Source: Candidatus Omnitrophota bacterium | GTDB taxonomy: Bacteria; Omnitrophota; Gorgyraeia; 2-01-FULL-45-10 | Assembly: GCA_030695905.1 (NCBI GenBank) | Contig: JAUYOL010000001.1 | Coordinates: 66,023-130,022 of the forward strand | Direction: 5' to 3' | DNA: 64,000 nucleotides | Position numbers and translations under genes: made by a program | Notes under the pieces: model-generated | What the model was told of the DNA's origin: nothing | The model's database searches: none | What the model saw: the letters and a program-made list of their open reading frames with translations, nothing else | Part shown: in pieces, positions 38,956 through 49,313 of the stretch | Layout of the letters: the number at the start of each line of letters is the position of its first letter | Position numbering within the stretch: the first letter of the stretch is position 1

Positions 38956-40416
38956 ATGGTGAAAAGTTCTTGGACTTCAGATGATACAAAAACATTAGAT
39001 ATTTTACTGGATTACCAAAATTCTCGAATAGACGCCAATGAGAAATCATCGCAGGAAGAAATAAGAAAGTTATTATTAAAGACAGAAGATGTCATTGACC
39101 TTGCTAATAGCATAATCGCTACTAAAGGGCTTTTGCGAGGAGAAAGAATAATTATTGTTAAAGAAGATGGCAATTCTATAGTCCTAGAAGGCAATCGCAG
39201 AACTTGTGCTTGCCAACTATTACTAAGCCCAGAATTAATTCCAAAAGAATTTAGAACAAAATTCCCTATTTGTCATGACGGAGGGATAAAAAAAGAACTA
39301 GAGCATTTAAAATCTGATATTGCGCCAGATAGATTGGCAGCGGAAATTACTATTACCAAGAGGCATACTGAACCGGGAGTTTCGCAATGGACTCCCATTG
39401 CGAAACAAAGAAGAATTACGCGTCTTGTTGAGGCAAGGAGATCTATTGAAGAGTTAATGTCTGAATTTGGAATGACACGGTCAAACATTTTGAAAACTTT
39501 GAAAGATTATCATATTTTTCAATATGCAAAAAATCTTTCCATTTGGAACAAGGTTGAAAAAGATATTTTGAACGATCCAACTCTCTCAATCAATCCTTTC
39601 ACTCGGTTTTTTGATTTAAAGGGTGTTAAGAAAGCCTTGGAATTGAAACATAAAGAAACTGGCGAATTGGAAATCGAGATAAAAAAAGAACTTTTTGACA
39701 AAATCATAGCTTTTATTGCCCGCGAATTTTTAATTCCCGATAAAGGCACAAGTAAGCTTGGTGCAAATACTCGCACAACGCCAGAAGAGTTGTTTCAAAG
39801 TATTTCTTCACATGATAAAGATATAAGAGCATTTCTAAAAAAGAAGCTAAAATTGGATAATTTGAAGAATAAGGAAAAAGCTAAATCTGGGGCCGAATCA
39901 GCAGAACAAACAGGTACGGCTAGGACTTCAGGTGCAACAGCTTCTACGCAAACATCGGCAAAGTCTGGAAAGTTCTTTGAAAATCTTCCCTGTCCTTTAA
40001 AAGATAACCAGCTATTGTTAGTTGTGAATGAAATATCGGATATAAATTATAAGAAATATCGCCTATCAGCAACCTTTCTTGTAAGAGCTTTAGTTGAAAG
40101 AATCTTGAATCATTGCATCGACAAATATGCGCTTAAGAAACAATTGCTAAAGGAGTTTTACACTAAGCGCAAGGGGTGTAAAGGCATAGAACCAGGGCTA
40201 GAGTTTGTGGTTGATTTTTGTATAAAAAATCATGATCAAATGTTCAATGTAAATACAGTACGAAATATTCTAAGAAAATGGAAAGGGGATAAGGATCTAT
40301 TAGATATTATCATTCATGGTCGTTGGGCCAATCCTAGCATTACAAACCTTGAACATTTCGCATCTCTCATTCGACCTACGGTTGAACAAATTCTTAGCGG
40401 GAATGCTTTGAAATGA
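38956..40416 (+). CDS. ParB/Srx-like N-terminal domain protein (486 aa) embedded in RM operon
   Basis: VLEGNRRTCA matches the ParB-N/DGQHR-like DGxxR signature. Low-complexity Ser/Thr/Ala linker. Unknown C-terminal domain. Confidence 0.45.
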   Translation: MVKSSWTSDDTKTLDILLDYQNSRIDANEKSSQEEIRKLLLKTEDVIDLANSIIATKGLLRGERIIIVKEDGNSIVLEGNRRTCACQLLLSPELIPKEFRTKFPICHDGGIKKELEHLKSDIAPDRLAAEITITKRHTEPGVSQWTPIAKQRRITRLVEARRSIEELMSEFGMTRSNILKTLKDYHIFQYAKNLSIWNKVEKDILNDPTLSINPFTRFFDLKGVKKALELKHKETGELEIEIKKELFDKIIAFIAREFLIPDKGTSKLGANTRTTPEELFQSISSHDKDIRAFLKKKLKLDNLKNKEKAKSGAESAEQTGTARTSGATASTQTSAKSGKFFENLPCPLKDNQLLLVVNEISDINYKKYRLSATFLVRALVERILNHCIDKYALKKQLLKEFYTKRKGCKGIEPGLEFVVDFCIKNHDQMFNVNTVRNILRKWKGDKDLLDIIIHGRWANPSITNLEHFASLIRPTVEQILSGNALK

Positions 40417-41342
40417 AAATCGAGCAAGAAAATAAAGCTCTGAATAATAAAACAATAACAACCAATCTGAGCCCATTAAGGTATCCAGGTTCAAAGCGGA
40501 AGATAGCTTTGTATATTAGAGAAATCCTTCAACATAACAAGCTAACTCCCGATCTCCTTGTGGAACCATTTGTCGGTGGCGGTAGCATTTCTCTATTTTT
40601 TATTGCCAATAATTTTGTAAAAAAAATTATTATTTCAGATAAAGATAGATTAATTAGCAGTTTTTGGAAGGTAGTTTTTTCTAATCCAGACAGCATCAAC
40701 CGTTTCATTCAACATGTAAAAATTAATCTTAAAAATTTTGATAAGTATAAAAATATCGCAAAAGATACTGAGAATTATAATGAAACTGAATTAGCAAAAG
40801 CATGCATTTTTCTCAACAGAACTAGCTTCTCAGGCGTTTTAGCTAATCCTGCTGGCCCTCTTGGCGGAAGAGAGCAGAGGTCGGACTACAAAATCGATTG
40901 CCGCTTTAATAGAAAAACCATCGTAAAGAAAATTAGTTGCATCGCATCTTTTAAGAGCAGGGTTATTGTTCGTAATGGCCACTGGAAAGATATAATAAAG
41001 TATGCAGAAGGTTGGCGCAAGGATAATAAGGGGTATAAAAAAACATTCATATACCTAGATCCGCCTTTCTATTTAAAAGGAGAAAGTTTATATAGAAATT
41101 ATTTTGAAACCAATCAACACGAAGAACTATCTAAAGAATTGGAGAAAATAACCTGCCCATGGATTTTAAGTTATGATAATGTCTTACAAGTTAGAAAACT
41201 ATATGAGAATTTTAAAAACATCGTTTATATCGACATGCCATATTCAATTAATTCGCATGCTAATAGAATTGAAAAAGAATTGATAATTACTAACTTAAGT
41301 TTGCCCAAGGTAAACGAAATGAGCTTTCATAATAAGCAATGA
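40413..41342 (+). CDS. D12-class (Dam-like) N6-adenine DNA methyltransferase
   Basis: RYPGSKRK ... EPFVGGGS (motif I) and YLDPPF (motif IV). Confidence 0.7.
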   Translation: MKIEQENKALNNKTITTNLSPLRYPGSKRKIALYIREILQHNKLTPDLLVEPFVGGGSISLFFIANNFVKKIIISDKDRLISSFWKVVFSNPDSINRFIQHVKINLKNFDKYKNIAKDTENYNETELAKACIFLNRTSFSGVLANPAGPLGGREQRSDYKIDCRFNRKTIVKKISCIASFKSRVIVRNGHWKDIIKYAEGWRKDNKGYKKTFIYLDPPFYLKGESLYRNYFETNQHEELSKELEKITCPWILSYDNVLQVRKLYENFKNIVYIDMPYSINSHANRIEKELIITNLSLPKVNEMSFHNKQ

Positions 41343-44300
41343 AAAAAATTACAGAATATGAAATCGAGCAGGTCGCCTTAGATATCCTTTCAGAGCTTAA
41401 ATATAAGGTTATCTACGGGCCGGATATTGCCCCGGATGGGCCGAAGCCAGAGAGACAGAGTTATGCCGATATTGTCCTACTTGTTAGGCTTCGCGAGGCA
41501 ATAAATCAGTTTAATCCTAATATTCCTGCCGAAGCAAAGGATGAAGCAATAAAGCGGATATTACGGACTGAAAGCCCTGACCTTGTAATAAATAATCATC
41601 GCTTTCACAAGATGCTTGTTGATGGTGTTGATGTAGAATATCGCAAAGACGGCCGGATTACCGGCGATAAGGTATGGCTCTTCGACTTTGCAAATCCGAA
41701 TAATAATGAATTCTTAGCGATTAACCAGTTTACCATTATCGAAAATAATATTAATCGCAGGCCTGATATTATTCTCTTTGTGAATGGTCTGCCGATCGTG
41801 GTAATAGAGCTAAAAAATCCGGCTGATGAAAATGCCACTACCTTAACCGCTTTCAAACAATTCCAAACGTATAAACTCCAGATACCCTCTCTTTTTAAGT
41901 TTAACGAGATTTTAGTCGCAAGCGATGGTATTGACGCAAAAGCTGGGACGATAACCTCTGACTGGGAGCGATTCTTGCCATGGAAGACGATCGATGGCAC
42001 CGAGAAGGCATCAAAGGTAATGCCACAGATAGAGGTTTTATTAAAAGGCATGTTTAATAAAAAGGTTTTGCTCGATCTTATCCGGTACTTCGTCGTCTTC
42101 GAGCAGGATAAGGATACTAAAGACAATACGGTTAAAATTTCAAAGAAGATTGCGGCTTATCATCAATATCATGCCGTTAATAAAGCCATCGACGCTACTA
42201 TTAAGGCATCCCGAGCCAGGGGTGATAAGCGTTGCGGTGTAGTTTGGCACACACAGGGTTCGGGCAAAAGCCTTATTATGGCCTTTTATACGGGTAAACT
42301 TGTTTTGAGTTTGGACAATCCCACAGTAGTTGTCTTAACCGATAGAAATGACTTAGATGATCAGCTCTTCGGCACATTCTCCCGATGCAATGAATTGTTG
42401 CGACAAGCGCCAGCGCAAGCAGAATCTCGTGCAAAACTGCAAGAATATCTTAAAGTTTCATCCGGCGGCATTGTATTTACCACTATTCAAAAATTCTTCC
42501 CGGAAGAAAAAGGCGACCAATACCCTCTTCTATCCGAACGTCGTAATATAATTGTCATCGCCGATGAGGCTCACAGAAGCCAGTATGATTTTATTGATGG
42601 TTTTGCCAAGCACATGCGCGACGCCCTACCAAATGCTTCATTTATCGGATTTACTGGCACACCCATAGAACGACACGATCGTAACACTATTGCTGTCTTT
42701 GGTGATTACATTGATATTTATGATATTGAGCAGGCAGTTAACGATGGCGCTACAGTTCGGATATACTACGAGAGCCGGCTTGCTATGCTTGAGCTAAAGG
42801 ATGAGGAACGGCCTAAGATTGATCCCGAGTTTGAAGAAGTCACTGAAGGCGAAGAGTTCAAGAAAAAGGAAAAGCTGAAGACCAGATGGGCCCGGCTTGA
42901 AGCCATTGTTGGAAGTGAAAAGCGTATTAAGCAGATCGCCAAAGATATAGTGAATCATTTCGAAAGCCGTCTTACGGCTGTCGAGGGTAAAGGTATGATT
43001 GTCTGTATGAGCCGGCGAATAGCAATTGATCTTCATAATGAAATTATTAAGCTAAGACCTCAATGGTATAACAAAGATGATGACAAGGGCTTCCTAAAGG
43101 TTATTATGACGGGCTCTGCCAGCGACCCTGTCGAGTGGCAAGAACATATCAGAAATAAACAAAGGCGCAGGGATATTGGTGATCGTATGAAAGATCCAAG
43201 CGATCCGCTGAAATTAGCAATCGTGCGGGATATGTGGCTTACAGGATTTGATGCACCGTCGCTTCATACAATGTATATAGACAAGCCAATGCGGGGCCAC
43301 GGTCTTATGCAAGCTATTGCGCGCGTAAATCGTGTATTTAAGGATAAGCCGGGTGGTCTTGTAGTCGATTATTTAGGTATAGCCGATGATTTAAAGCGTG
43401 CGCTCGCAGAGTATACAGAAAGCGGCGGTAAAGGCAAGCCAGCGTTTAAGCAAGAAGACGCGGTGGCTTTAATGCTCGAGAAATATGAAGTCGTTTGTGG
43501 GATGTTTGATAAATTCAATTATAAAAAATTCTTTCCCGCCCCTGTAAAAGACAAGATGTCTATTATAACACTGGCACAGGAGCACATATTAAAGCAGAAA
43601 AATGGCAAGGAGCGATTGATGGCCTATGTGACACAACTCTCGCAGGCCTTCGCGCTTTCGGTACCGCATAAAGAGGCCTTAAAAATAAGGGATGACGTGG
43701 GATTCTTTCAAGCAGTCCGGGCCCGGCTGGCAAAGTATGAGACCGGCACAGGCAAAACCGAAGAAGATCTCGACTCGGCAATAAAGCAAATTATCTCAAA
43801 GGCTATCATTTCGGACAAAGTAATTGATATATTCGAAGCAGCCGGTCTTAAGAAGCCGGACATTTCTATTCTGTCGGACGAATTTTTGGCCGAAGTTAAA
43901 GGGATGCCACATAAGAACCTTGCCTTCGAACTTTTAAAGAAATTACTCAATGATGAAATCAGGACGAGATCTCGCAAAAATCTTATTCAGGGCCGATCAT
44001 TCGCTGAAATGCTCGAGAAGGCCATTAAGAAGTACCAGAATAAGGCCATAGAAGCAGCCAAAGTCATCGAAGAACTGATTGAGCTTGCCAAAAAGATGCG
44101 CGAGGCCGATAAGCGTGGCGAAGATCTCGGGCTGAATGAGGACGAGATTGCGTTTTACGATGCTCTGGAGGTTAATGACAGCGCTGTAAAGGTATTAGGA
44201 GACGAGATCTTAAAAACTATTGCCCGGGAGCTCGTTCAGACGGTTCGTAATAATGTTAGTATCGACTGGACCTTAAAGGAAAGCATTCAGGCAAAGCTAC

Positions 44301-44932
44301 GGGTTATGGTAAAAAGGATATTACGCAAGCACGGCTACCCTCCGGATAAGGAAAAGAAAGCCACCGAGACTGTTTTAGAGCAGGCTACCTTATTAGGCAA
44401 GGACTGGGCCGAGAAACCAGAAGAATCCGTAGAAAAATCAGATCTATTCTTTAGCGATGTGATCGATAAGGCGACTTTCGAAGAGGATTATTTGCCTATT
44501 TATGATTTGCAGGCGGTTGCGACATCGTTCCGAGAGCAAACCACACCAACAATTAAAGGCTGGAAGCCGATAAAGGGCCGTAATATTAATAAAGATATGT
44601 TTATCGCTCAGGTTGTCGGTAAATCTATGGAGCCAACGATACAAGATGGCAGCTGGTGTATTTTCCGTTTTGATCGTGGCGGTTCGCGCAATGGTTTGGT
44701 AGTGCTTGCCGAATCGCGGTTAGTATCTGATCCGGAAACGAGTCAAAACTTTACCATTAAGCGCTACAAGAGCGAAAAAGAAGATCTCGGCCAGGGCCAG
44801 TGGAGACATAAACGTATTACCCTATCGCCGGACAATAAGACTTTTAACGATATTGTGCTTGAAAACGTTGCCGGTGACGATTTTCGGATTGTAGCTGAAT
44901 TTATAGAGATATTGAAGATTAGGAGTATTTGA
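41339..44932 (+). CDS. hsdR: type I restriction enzyme R subunit fused to C-terminal LexA/S24-like peptidase domain
   Basis: Res-III/DEAD motifs (GSGKS, DEAH) and helicase C. The last ~147 aa (44489-44932) carry GKSMEP ... KRYK ... the S24 Ser/Lys dyad pattern. Confidence 0.8.
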   Translation: MKKITEYEIEQVALDILSELKYKVIYGPDIAPDGPKPERQSYADIVLLVRLREAINQFNPNIPAEAKDEAIKRILRTESPDLVINNHRFHKMLVDGVDVEYRKDGRITGDKVWLFDFANPNNNEFLAINQFTIIENNINRRPDIILFVNGLPIVVIELKNPADENATTLTAFKQFQTYKLQIPSLFKFNEILVASDGIDAKAGTITSDWERFLPWKTIDGTEKASKVMPQIEVLLKGMFNKKVLLDLIRYFVVFEQDKDTKDNTVKISKKIAAYHQYHAVNKAIDATIKASRARGDKRCGVVWHTQGSGKSLIMAFYTGKLVLSLDNPTVVVLTDRNDLDDQLFGTFSRCNELLRQAPAQAESRAKLQEYLKVSSGGIVFTTIQKFFPEEKGDQYPLLSERRNIIVIADEAHRSQYDFIDGFAKHMRDALPNASFIGFTGTPIERHDRNTIAVFGDYIDIYDIEQAVNDGATVRIYYESRLAMLELKDEERPKIDPEFEEVTEGEEFKKKEKLKTRWARLEAIVGSEKRIKQIAKDIVNHFESRLTAVEGKGMIVCMSRRIAIDLHNEIIKLRPQWYNKDDDKGFLKVIMTGSASDPVEWQEHIRNKQRRRDIGDRMKDPSDPLKLAIVRDMWLTGFDAPSLHTMYIDKPMRGHGLMQAIARVNRVFKDKPGGLVVDYLGIADDLKRALAEYTESGGKGKPAFKQEDAVALMLEKYEVVCGMFDKFNYKKFFPAPVKDKMSIITLAQEHILKQKNGKERLMAYVTQLSQAFALSVPHKEALKIRDDVGFFQAVRARLAKYETGTGKTEEDLDSAIKQIISKAIISDKVIDIFEAAGLKKPDISILSDEFLAEVKGMPHKNLAFELLKKLLNDEIRTRSRKNLIQGRSFAEMLEKAIKKYQNKAIEAAKVIEELIELAKKMREADKRGEDLGLNEDEIAFYDALEVNDSAVKVLGDEILKTIARELVQTVRNNVSIDWTLKESIQAKLRVMVKRILRKHGYPPDKEKKATETVLEQATLLGKDWAEKPEESVEKSDLFFSDVIDKATFEEDYLPIYDLQAVATSFREQTTPTIKGWKPIKGRNINKDMFIAQVVGKSMEPTIQDGSWCIFRFDRGGSRNGLVVLAESRLVSDPETSQNFTIKRYKSEKEDLGQGQWRHKRITLSPDNKTFNDIVLENVAGDDFRIVAEFIEILKIRSI

Positions 44933-45013
44933 CCAAGGGTGATTAGATAGGTGCCTTGAAAGATAGTGGGAAACGTATCGAGTAAAATATTTGTAGCCAA
45001 AAGGTATATTTTC

Positions 45014-46768
45014 ATGACAATGGTTGCAGTATGTCTTTTCAAAGAAGGTGGCGTATTAATCTCCGATTCTCGGGCAACCAAGGATAATAATGGTAAATAC
45101 GCATTTAGCGATACTCTTCAAAAAATTCTCTACATTCGCAAAAATATTGCTCTTTCATATGCAGGTGACGTTCAAATTGCCGGAGATGTTGCAAGAGAAG
45201 TACGGTTAAAGGTTATCGGAGATGACAATCTTAAAGAGCCGCAAACCCTAGCGGCGAAAATACCGACAATTGCCACCCTATCATATCTCAAATATGTATT
45301 TATTAGAGGTAGGCCCTGCGCTGTATATTTACTGCTGGCAGGAGTTGATTCTTCGGGAAAAACATATGCATGGGTTTTTAAGTCACCCGGTTTTAAACCA
45401 ATAAAGATTGAAAATGGTTTCGATGTAATTGGTTCGGGAGAGGTAGTTGTTCCATATTTGGAAAAAAGTTATAAAAATATAGATAGCTCCCATAACGATC
45501 TTAAGTCTAAAGCAGATGCATTAATAGTCGGGCTTGAGAGTGAGCTACAAAAACACGATGTAAACACAGTCGGTGGACTTTTTCAGGTTGTTCTTCTTAC
45601 CCCCGAAGGAATACGTCCCCTTCGTTATGGGTTCATGGACTTAGATCCACTTAAAAGTGGTGATGCAAAAAGTATGGAATTGATCAAGGGGAAATGGACA
45701 CAGACAAATGAGGCAACGCGAGAAAAAGTAGAGCTTTTAGAACCATCTAAACTTGTCACCAATGTTTTTAAAGAGACGCAATTTCATGAATATGCGCCAC
45801 CCAATCAGGATAAAAAAATTCCAAAATGGTATTCATACTATTTTATTACATGTTCAAAAGTCAAAAGGGATATTACTACGACAGAATTTCAGGGTGTATT
45901 AACACAAATAGCCAGTTTAAGATATCCGGCCACTATACCCATTATTGCATCCATGGGATTTTGGGGTACTGCCGGTGAGAATCAAATAGAATTGCGAGTG
46001 GAAAAAGACGGAAAACAAGAAACGATTTATTCCAAAAAAATCCATACAGAATATTTACCCGAAATAGTTGAATTGGATGCAGAAATAAAGCTTGTTATTA
46101 GTTCGCCAGGGCCCGCATTCTTAGAGTTCTTAATTAATAAGCAGGTTCTTGCTAGAAAAGCTCTTTATTTTGGCAATCTCAACGGCATTCCAAAATCCGA
46201 TGGGGATAAAGAAGAATTTCTCAGAGAGCGTCAATCACAGCTCACAGAGGAACACCGACAACTTTCGGATGCTTTTTTGAATGACAAAAATTCTGTTACT
46301 GAATATTTCGTCTTATGTGAGAACTGCATTCATGAGGGAAATGTAATTAAATTTATCAATGAAATGAAAGCGGTTTATTGGAAATCATACCCGCTACCTT
46401 TACGGGTATATATTGCTAGTGCAATCAGAATGCCAAAAGGCAAACATAGTATCCGCATAGAGTTAGTGAATGCGGCGACTCGATATAACTCAAACATAAC
46501 AAACACTACTGTAGAAAACACATCCGATTGCTTAGTTACTCCTATCCATGGCGAAATGGTTGTGAATATACCAGAGCCCGGTATTTATTTTTTCAATCTA
46601 TACGTTGATGGCAAATTTATTACAAGTGCGCTTCTTCCAGCGGAGCTCTCGAAAGCCAAATATTCTTACAGTCTGACAGATGAGGGAGAAAAAATGGTTG
46701 AGTCTGGAGAGTTAATAATTTTGCCAAGACGGTCTATTTTAGAAAGCGAAATAAAGAATAACAAATAA
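45014..46768 (+). CDS. HslV/proteasome-beta-like Ntn-hydrolase domain fused to ~400-aa unknown C-terminal domain
   Basis: N-terminal MTMVAV ... ISDSRAT ... K ... SYAGDVQIAGD ... IGSGE aligns with HslV Thr1/Asp17/Lys33/GSGG. No adjacent HslU. Confidence 0.55.
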   Translation: MTMVAVCLFKEGGVLISDSRATKDNNGKYAFSDTLQKILYIRKNIALSYAGDVQIAGDVAREVRLKVIGDDNLKEPQTLAAKIPTIATLSYLKYVFIRGRPCAVYLLLAGVDSSGKTYAWVFKSPGFKPIKIENGFDVIGSGEVVVPYLEKSYKNIDSSHNDLKSKADALIVGLESELQKHDVNTVGGLFQVVLLTPEGIRPLRYGFMDLDPLKSGDAKSMELIKGKWTQTNEATREKVELLEPSKLVTNVFKETQFHEYAPPNQDKKIPKWYSYYFITCSKVKRDITTTEFQGVLTQIASLRYPATIPIIASMGFWGTAGENQIELRVEKDGKQETIYSKKIHTEYLPEIVELDAEIKLVISSPGPAFLEFLINKQVLARKALYFGNLNGIPKSDGDKEEFLRERQSQLTEEHRQLSDAFLNDKNSVTEYFVLCENCIHEGNVIKFINEMKAVYWKSYPLPLRVYIASAIRMPKGKHSIRIELVNAATRYNSNITNTTVENTSDCLVTPIHGEMVVNIPEPGIYFFNLYVDGKFITSALLPAELSKAKYSYSLTDEGEKMVESGELIILPRRSILESEIKNNK

Positions 46769-47056
46769 AATCACCCCCCCCAATCAACTTTTCTTATGCG
46801 CGCATTTATATACAGCGAACGATGCATAATAATTTAAATGTTTACGGGTCCTTGGAAGGCGGGTCGGGCGCGGCACAAATATTTATTAAAATAGAGACAG
46901 CGCCGTTTTTCAAAAATAAATAGTCGCTGGCCCTATTTTCAGTTAATGAAGTCTAACCAATGGGAATAGTGACCGGACGCTATTCGGACACCGGTAATTG
47001 CATGTTATATATTCACAAAGTCAGGTTAGTAGTGTATAATATAATTGAGGTGAAAA

Positions 47057-47755
47057 ATGGGCAAGGTATACAAAAATGCTCCATTAGTTGAAGCGGTTTT
47101 TGAAATGCGCTTTCCCGCTGATCTAAACATAGAATGCGCCAGATCAAATTTCTATGAGAGCATAAAAAAGGATTTTCCTAACATCTTTGTCCCGAATGCT
47201 CAATTCGGACAGGCGCTTGCGCTACAACCATATGAGTTTAAGAGCGCGGATCATAAGAAAGTCATACGTTTTTCAATAAATAGCTTCGCTTTCCATACGA
47301 GTGATTACTCAGGCGGGTTTGAGCTATTCGAAGAAGAGTGTCTTAAATACATTAATCTGTTCATAAAATTCTTTAAAATCTCTACATTGAACCGCATGGG
47401 TCTTCGTTATATTAACAGAATAGCTATTATGCGCAAAGATGGCTTAATACCAATCGGTGAATACTTAAACTTTGGTTTTGAACTGCCGGACAGCATGTCA
47501 AGCGATCCAGAGATATTTCATGCGTTGCTTATTAACAAAGTGGGTGATGGTAAGTTGCGAACTCTTATTCAATATCAAGAAGTACCGCCCAAGAACGAAG
47601 TAATACTGTTAGATTTCGATTATTACTACGAGGACAAAATAAAGGCTATAGATTTCCCTAAATATCTTACGCAGGCGCATAAGCATATAAAAGAGGATGT
47701 GTTCAAGAAATTGATAAGCGAAAATTATATGAAAGCGTTAGAGGCTAAAGGATGA
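47057..47755 (+). CDS. TIGR04255-like conserved hypothetical protein
   Basis: N-terminus YKNAPLVEAVFEMRFP is the signature I recall for that family. First gene of three overlapping genes. Confidence 0.45.
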   Translation: MGKVYKNAPLVEAVFEMRFPADLNIECARSNFYESIKKDFPNIFVPNAQFGQALALQPYEFKSADHKKVIRFSINSFAFHTSDYSGGFELFEEECLKYINLFIKFFKISTLNRMGLRYINRIAIMRKDGLIPIGEYLNFGFELPDSMSSDPEIFHALLINKVGDGKLRTLIQYQEVPPKNEVILLDFDYYYEDKIKAIDFPKYLTQAHKHIKEDVFKKLISENYMKALEAKG

Positions 47756-48264
47756 TAAAGACAATATCTGCTACTTTTCACGGCGAAGACTATACGAAAT
47801 TAGCAAGAAATCTATCTTTCAGGGTAGAAGAAAATGCTGTGCCTGCAGGGGTTAAGTTGGATAGAAATGTCTTTGAAGAGGTGTTGGATTTAATGCGCGT
47901 TGAATATCAGAAGCCTGATGACGTGATGCCTGCTAAGCCAGATGCGCTGTCATTGGACTGTATTGTACCCGACGCAGTTTTTACGGTAAATCAGAGCGTT
48001 TTTACATATCCTATTTTTTCATTACCACACTGCCAACTAAAGCACCCTATACAGATTGTCATTGAAGCAAAAGAGGACGGTAATGTTATTGTTTGGAGCG
48101 ATGAGTTCGAGTTGTCGGGCTTGGGCGGAACAAAGGAAGAAGCGCTTGCGGATTTCAGTTCTTTTGTATTCTCTGATCGTAATTCATTAAGAAAGATACC
48201 GACGGATAAACTTAGTGATGGCGCGAAAGATTTATTGCGTAGATATGAAGAATATTTAGAATAG
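47752..48264 (+). CDS. hypothetical protein (operon partner)
   Basis: ATGA overlap with the upstream gene. Confidence 0.4.
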   Translation: MIKTISATFHGEDYTKLARNLSFRVEENAVPAGVKLDRNVFEEVLDLMRVEYQKPDDVMPAKPDALSLDCIVPDAVFTVNQSVFTYPIFSLPHCQLKHPIQIVIEAKEDGNVIVWSDEFELSGLGGTKEEALADFSSFVFSDRNSLRKIPTDKLSDGAKDLLRRYEEYLE

Positions 48265-48266
48265 CA

Positions 48267-48554
48267 ATGCAGATAAAGAAAAAGATAATTGAACGAGGAT
48301 TGTTAGGCAAAGGGTTTGCCCAAGATAACACCGATCACGAGATATTAAGGTTAGTGGTAGACGGCAAAACTACTAAAGTAAGAACAAAGCTTTCCTTCGG
48401 CTCTAAGTATAAAGATTATGGTGATACGCTATTAGATTGCGTAAAGAAACAGCTTCACTTTGGGACTAAGACGCAACTTGTTAGATTGATAGATTGTACG
48501 ACAAGGCATGAGGAGTATGTAGCGTATCTCAGAACACTTGGCGTATGTCTCTAA
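48267..48554 (+). CDS. hypothetical protein (operon partner)
   Basis: 2-nt spacing from the upstream gene. Confidence 0.35.
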   Translation: MQIKKKIIERGLLGKGFAQDNTDHEILRLVVDGKTTKVRTKLSFGSKYKDYGDTLLDCVKKQLHFGTKTQLVRLIDCTTRHEEYVAYLRTLGVCL

Positions 48555-48693
48555 ATAAATAATAAAAGCGAATAATAGGCAACCCGAGGGGTTGCTTTTT
48601 TATTGTATTCAAAAATAAATAATCGATAGTCCTATTTTTTATTTGACCTACCTGAAATATCGCGATTTTCCCGTTTAAAGCCAATCCCCATTA

Positions 48694-49066
48694 TTGCTAC
48701 TCCGTAGCAACGACCCCATTGTCAAAATAATTCGTTATTGTAAGATAGGTATAGAAACACATAGGTTGAATTTGTCCATTTTGTGGTAACGACCCTATTG
48801 CAAAAGAAACCTGCTGTTGTAGAATTGTGATGAGGCGGGGTTTTTCTTTTTTTATCCCCGACACTTTAACAGGAAAACCGGTATATACGTTGTAGGAGGG
48901 GGCATTTGAGCGAAAAAATCTGTATATACGTTTTGAGAAATAATTGCGGAAACCCCGACATTTTAGCAGGAAAACCGGAATATACGTTATAGGCGCGGAT
49001 GAAGAAAGTGAAAAAAGTGAAAATATTTCCGGCACTTTTGCATAAAACGTCGTATATAGCTAGTAG
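48694..49066. repeat. iteron-like direct repeats and GTATATAC palindromes upstream of replication gene
   Basis: Two ~41-bp direct repeats at 48856 and 48952. Four GTATATA(C/G) cores. 24-bp direct repeats at 48704 and 48784. Confidence 0.5.
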
Positions 49067-49077
49067 GAGGCATTGAA

Positions 49078-49311
49078 ATGGTGACCGGGAAGCATTTTGA
49101 AGCGGGAAACCTCTATCTGGCTACGTATCTTTTCTTTTGCGGGTTTGCTATGAAGGGGATTGCGGGATCGGGCCGGCTTAAGAGGATCCTGTTTGACGAT
49201 ATCCCTGCCGTGCATAAGGCCTGTGAGGAGTTTTACGCCGATTCAGACGCGCGCAAGTTGTTTGACTGTTACCGGAGGGTAAAGGATTACTTATTTCAGA
49301 ACGGAGTTTAA
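49078..49311 (+). CDS. hypothetical small protein
   Basis: ORF with a GGAGG ribosome-binding site. Confidence 0.4.
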   Translation: MVTGKHFEAGNLYLATYLFFCGFAMKGIAGSGRLKRILFDDIPAVHKACEEFYADSDARKLFDCYRRVKDYLFQNGV

Positions 49312-49313
49312 CG

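Noticed and set aside
44966-45013. Upstream start (MGNVSS...) for the HslV-like gene
   Set aside because: The HslV fold requires Thr at position 1 after Met removal. MTMVAV at 45014 has an upstream AAGG and gives the canonical N-terminus. The longer form would bury the nucleophile.
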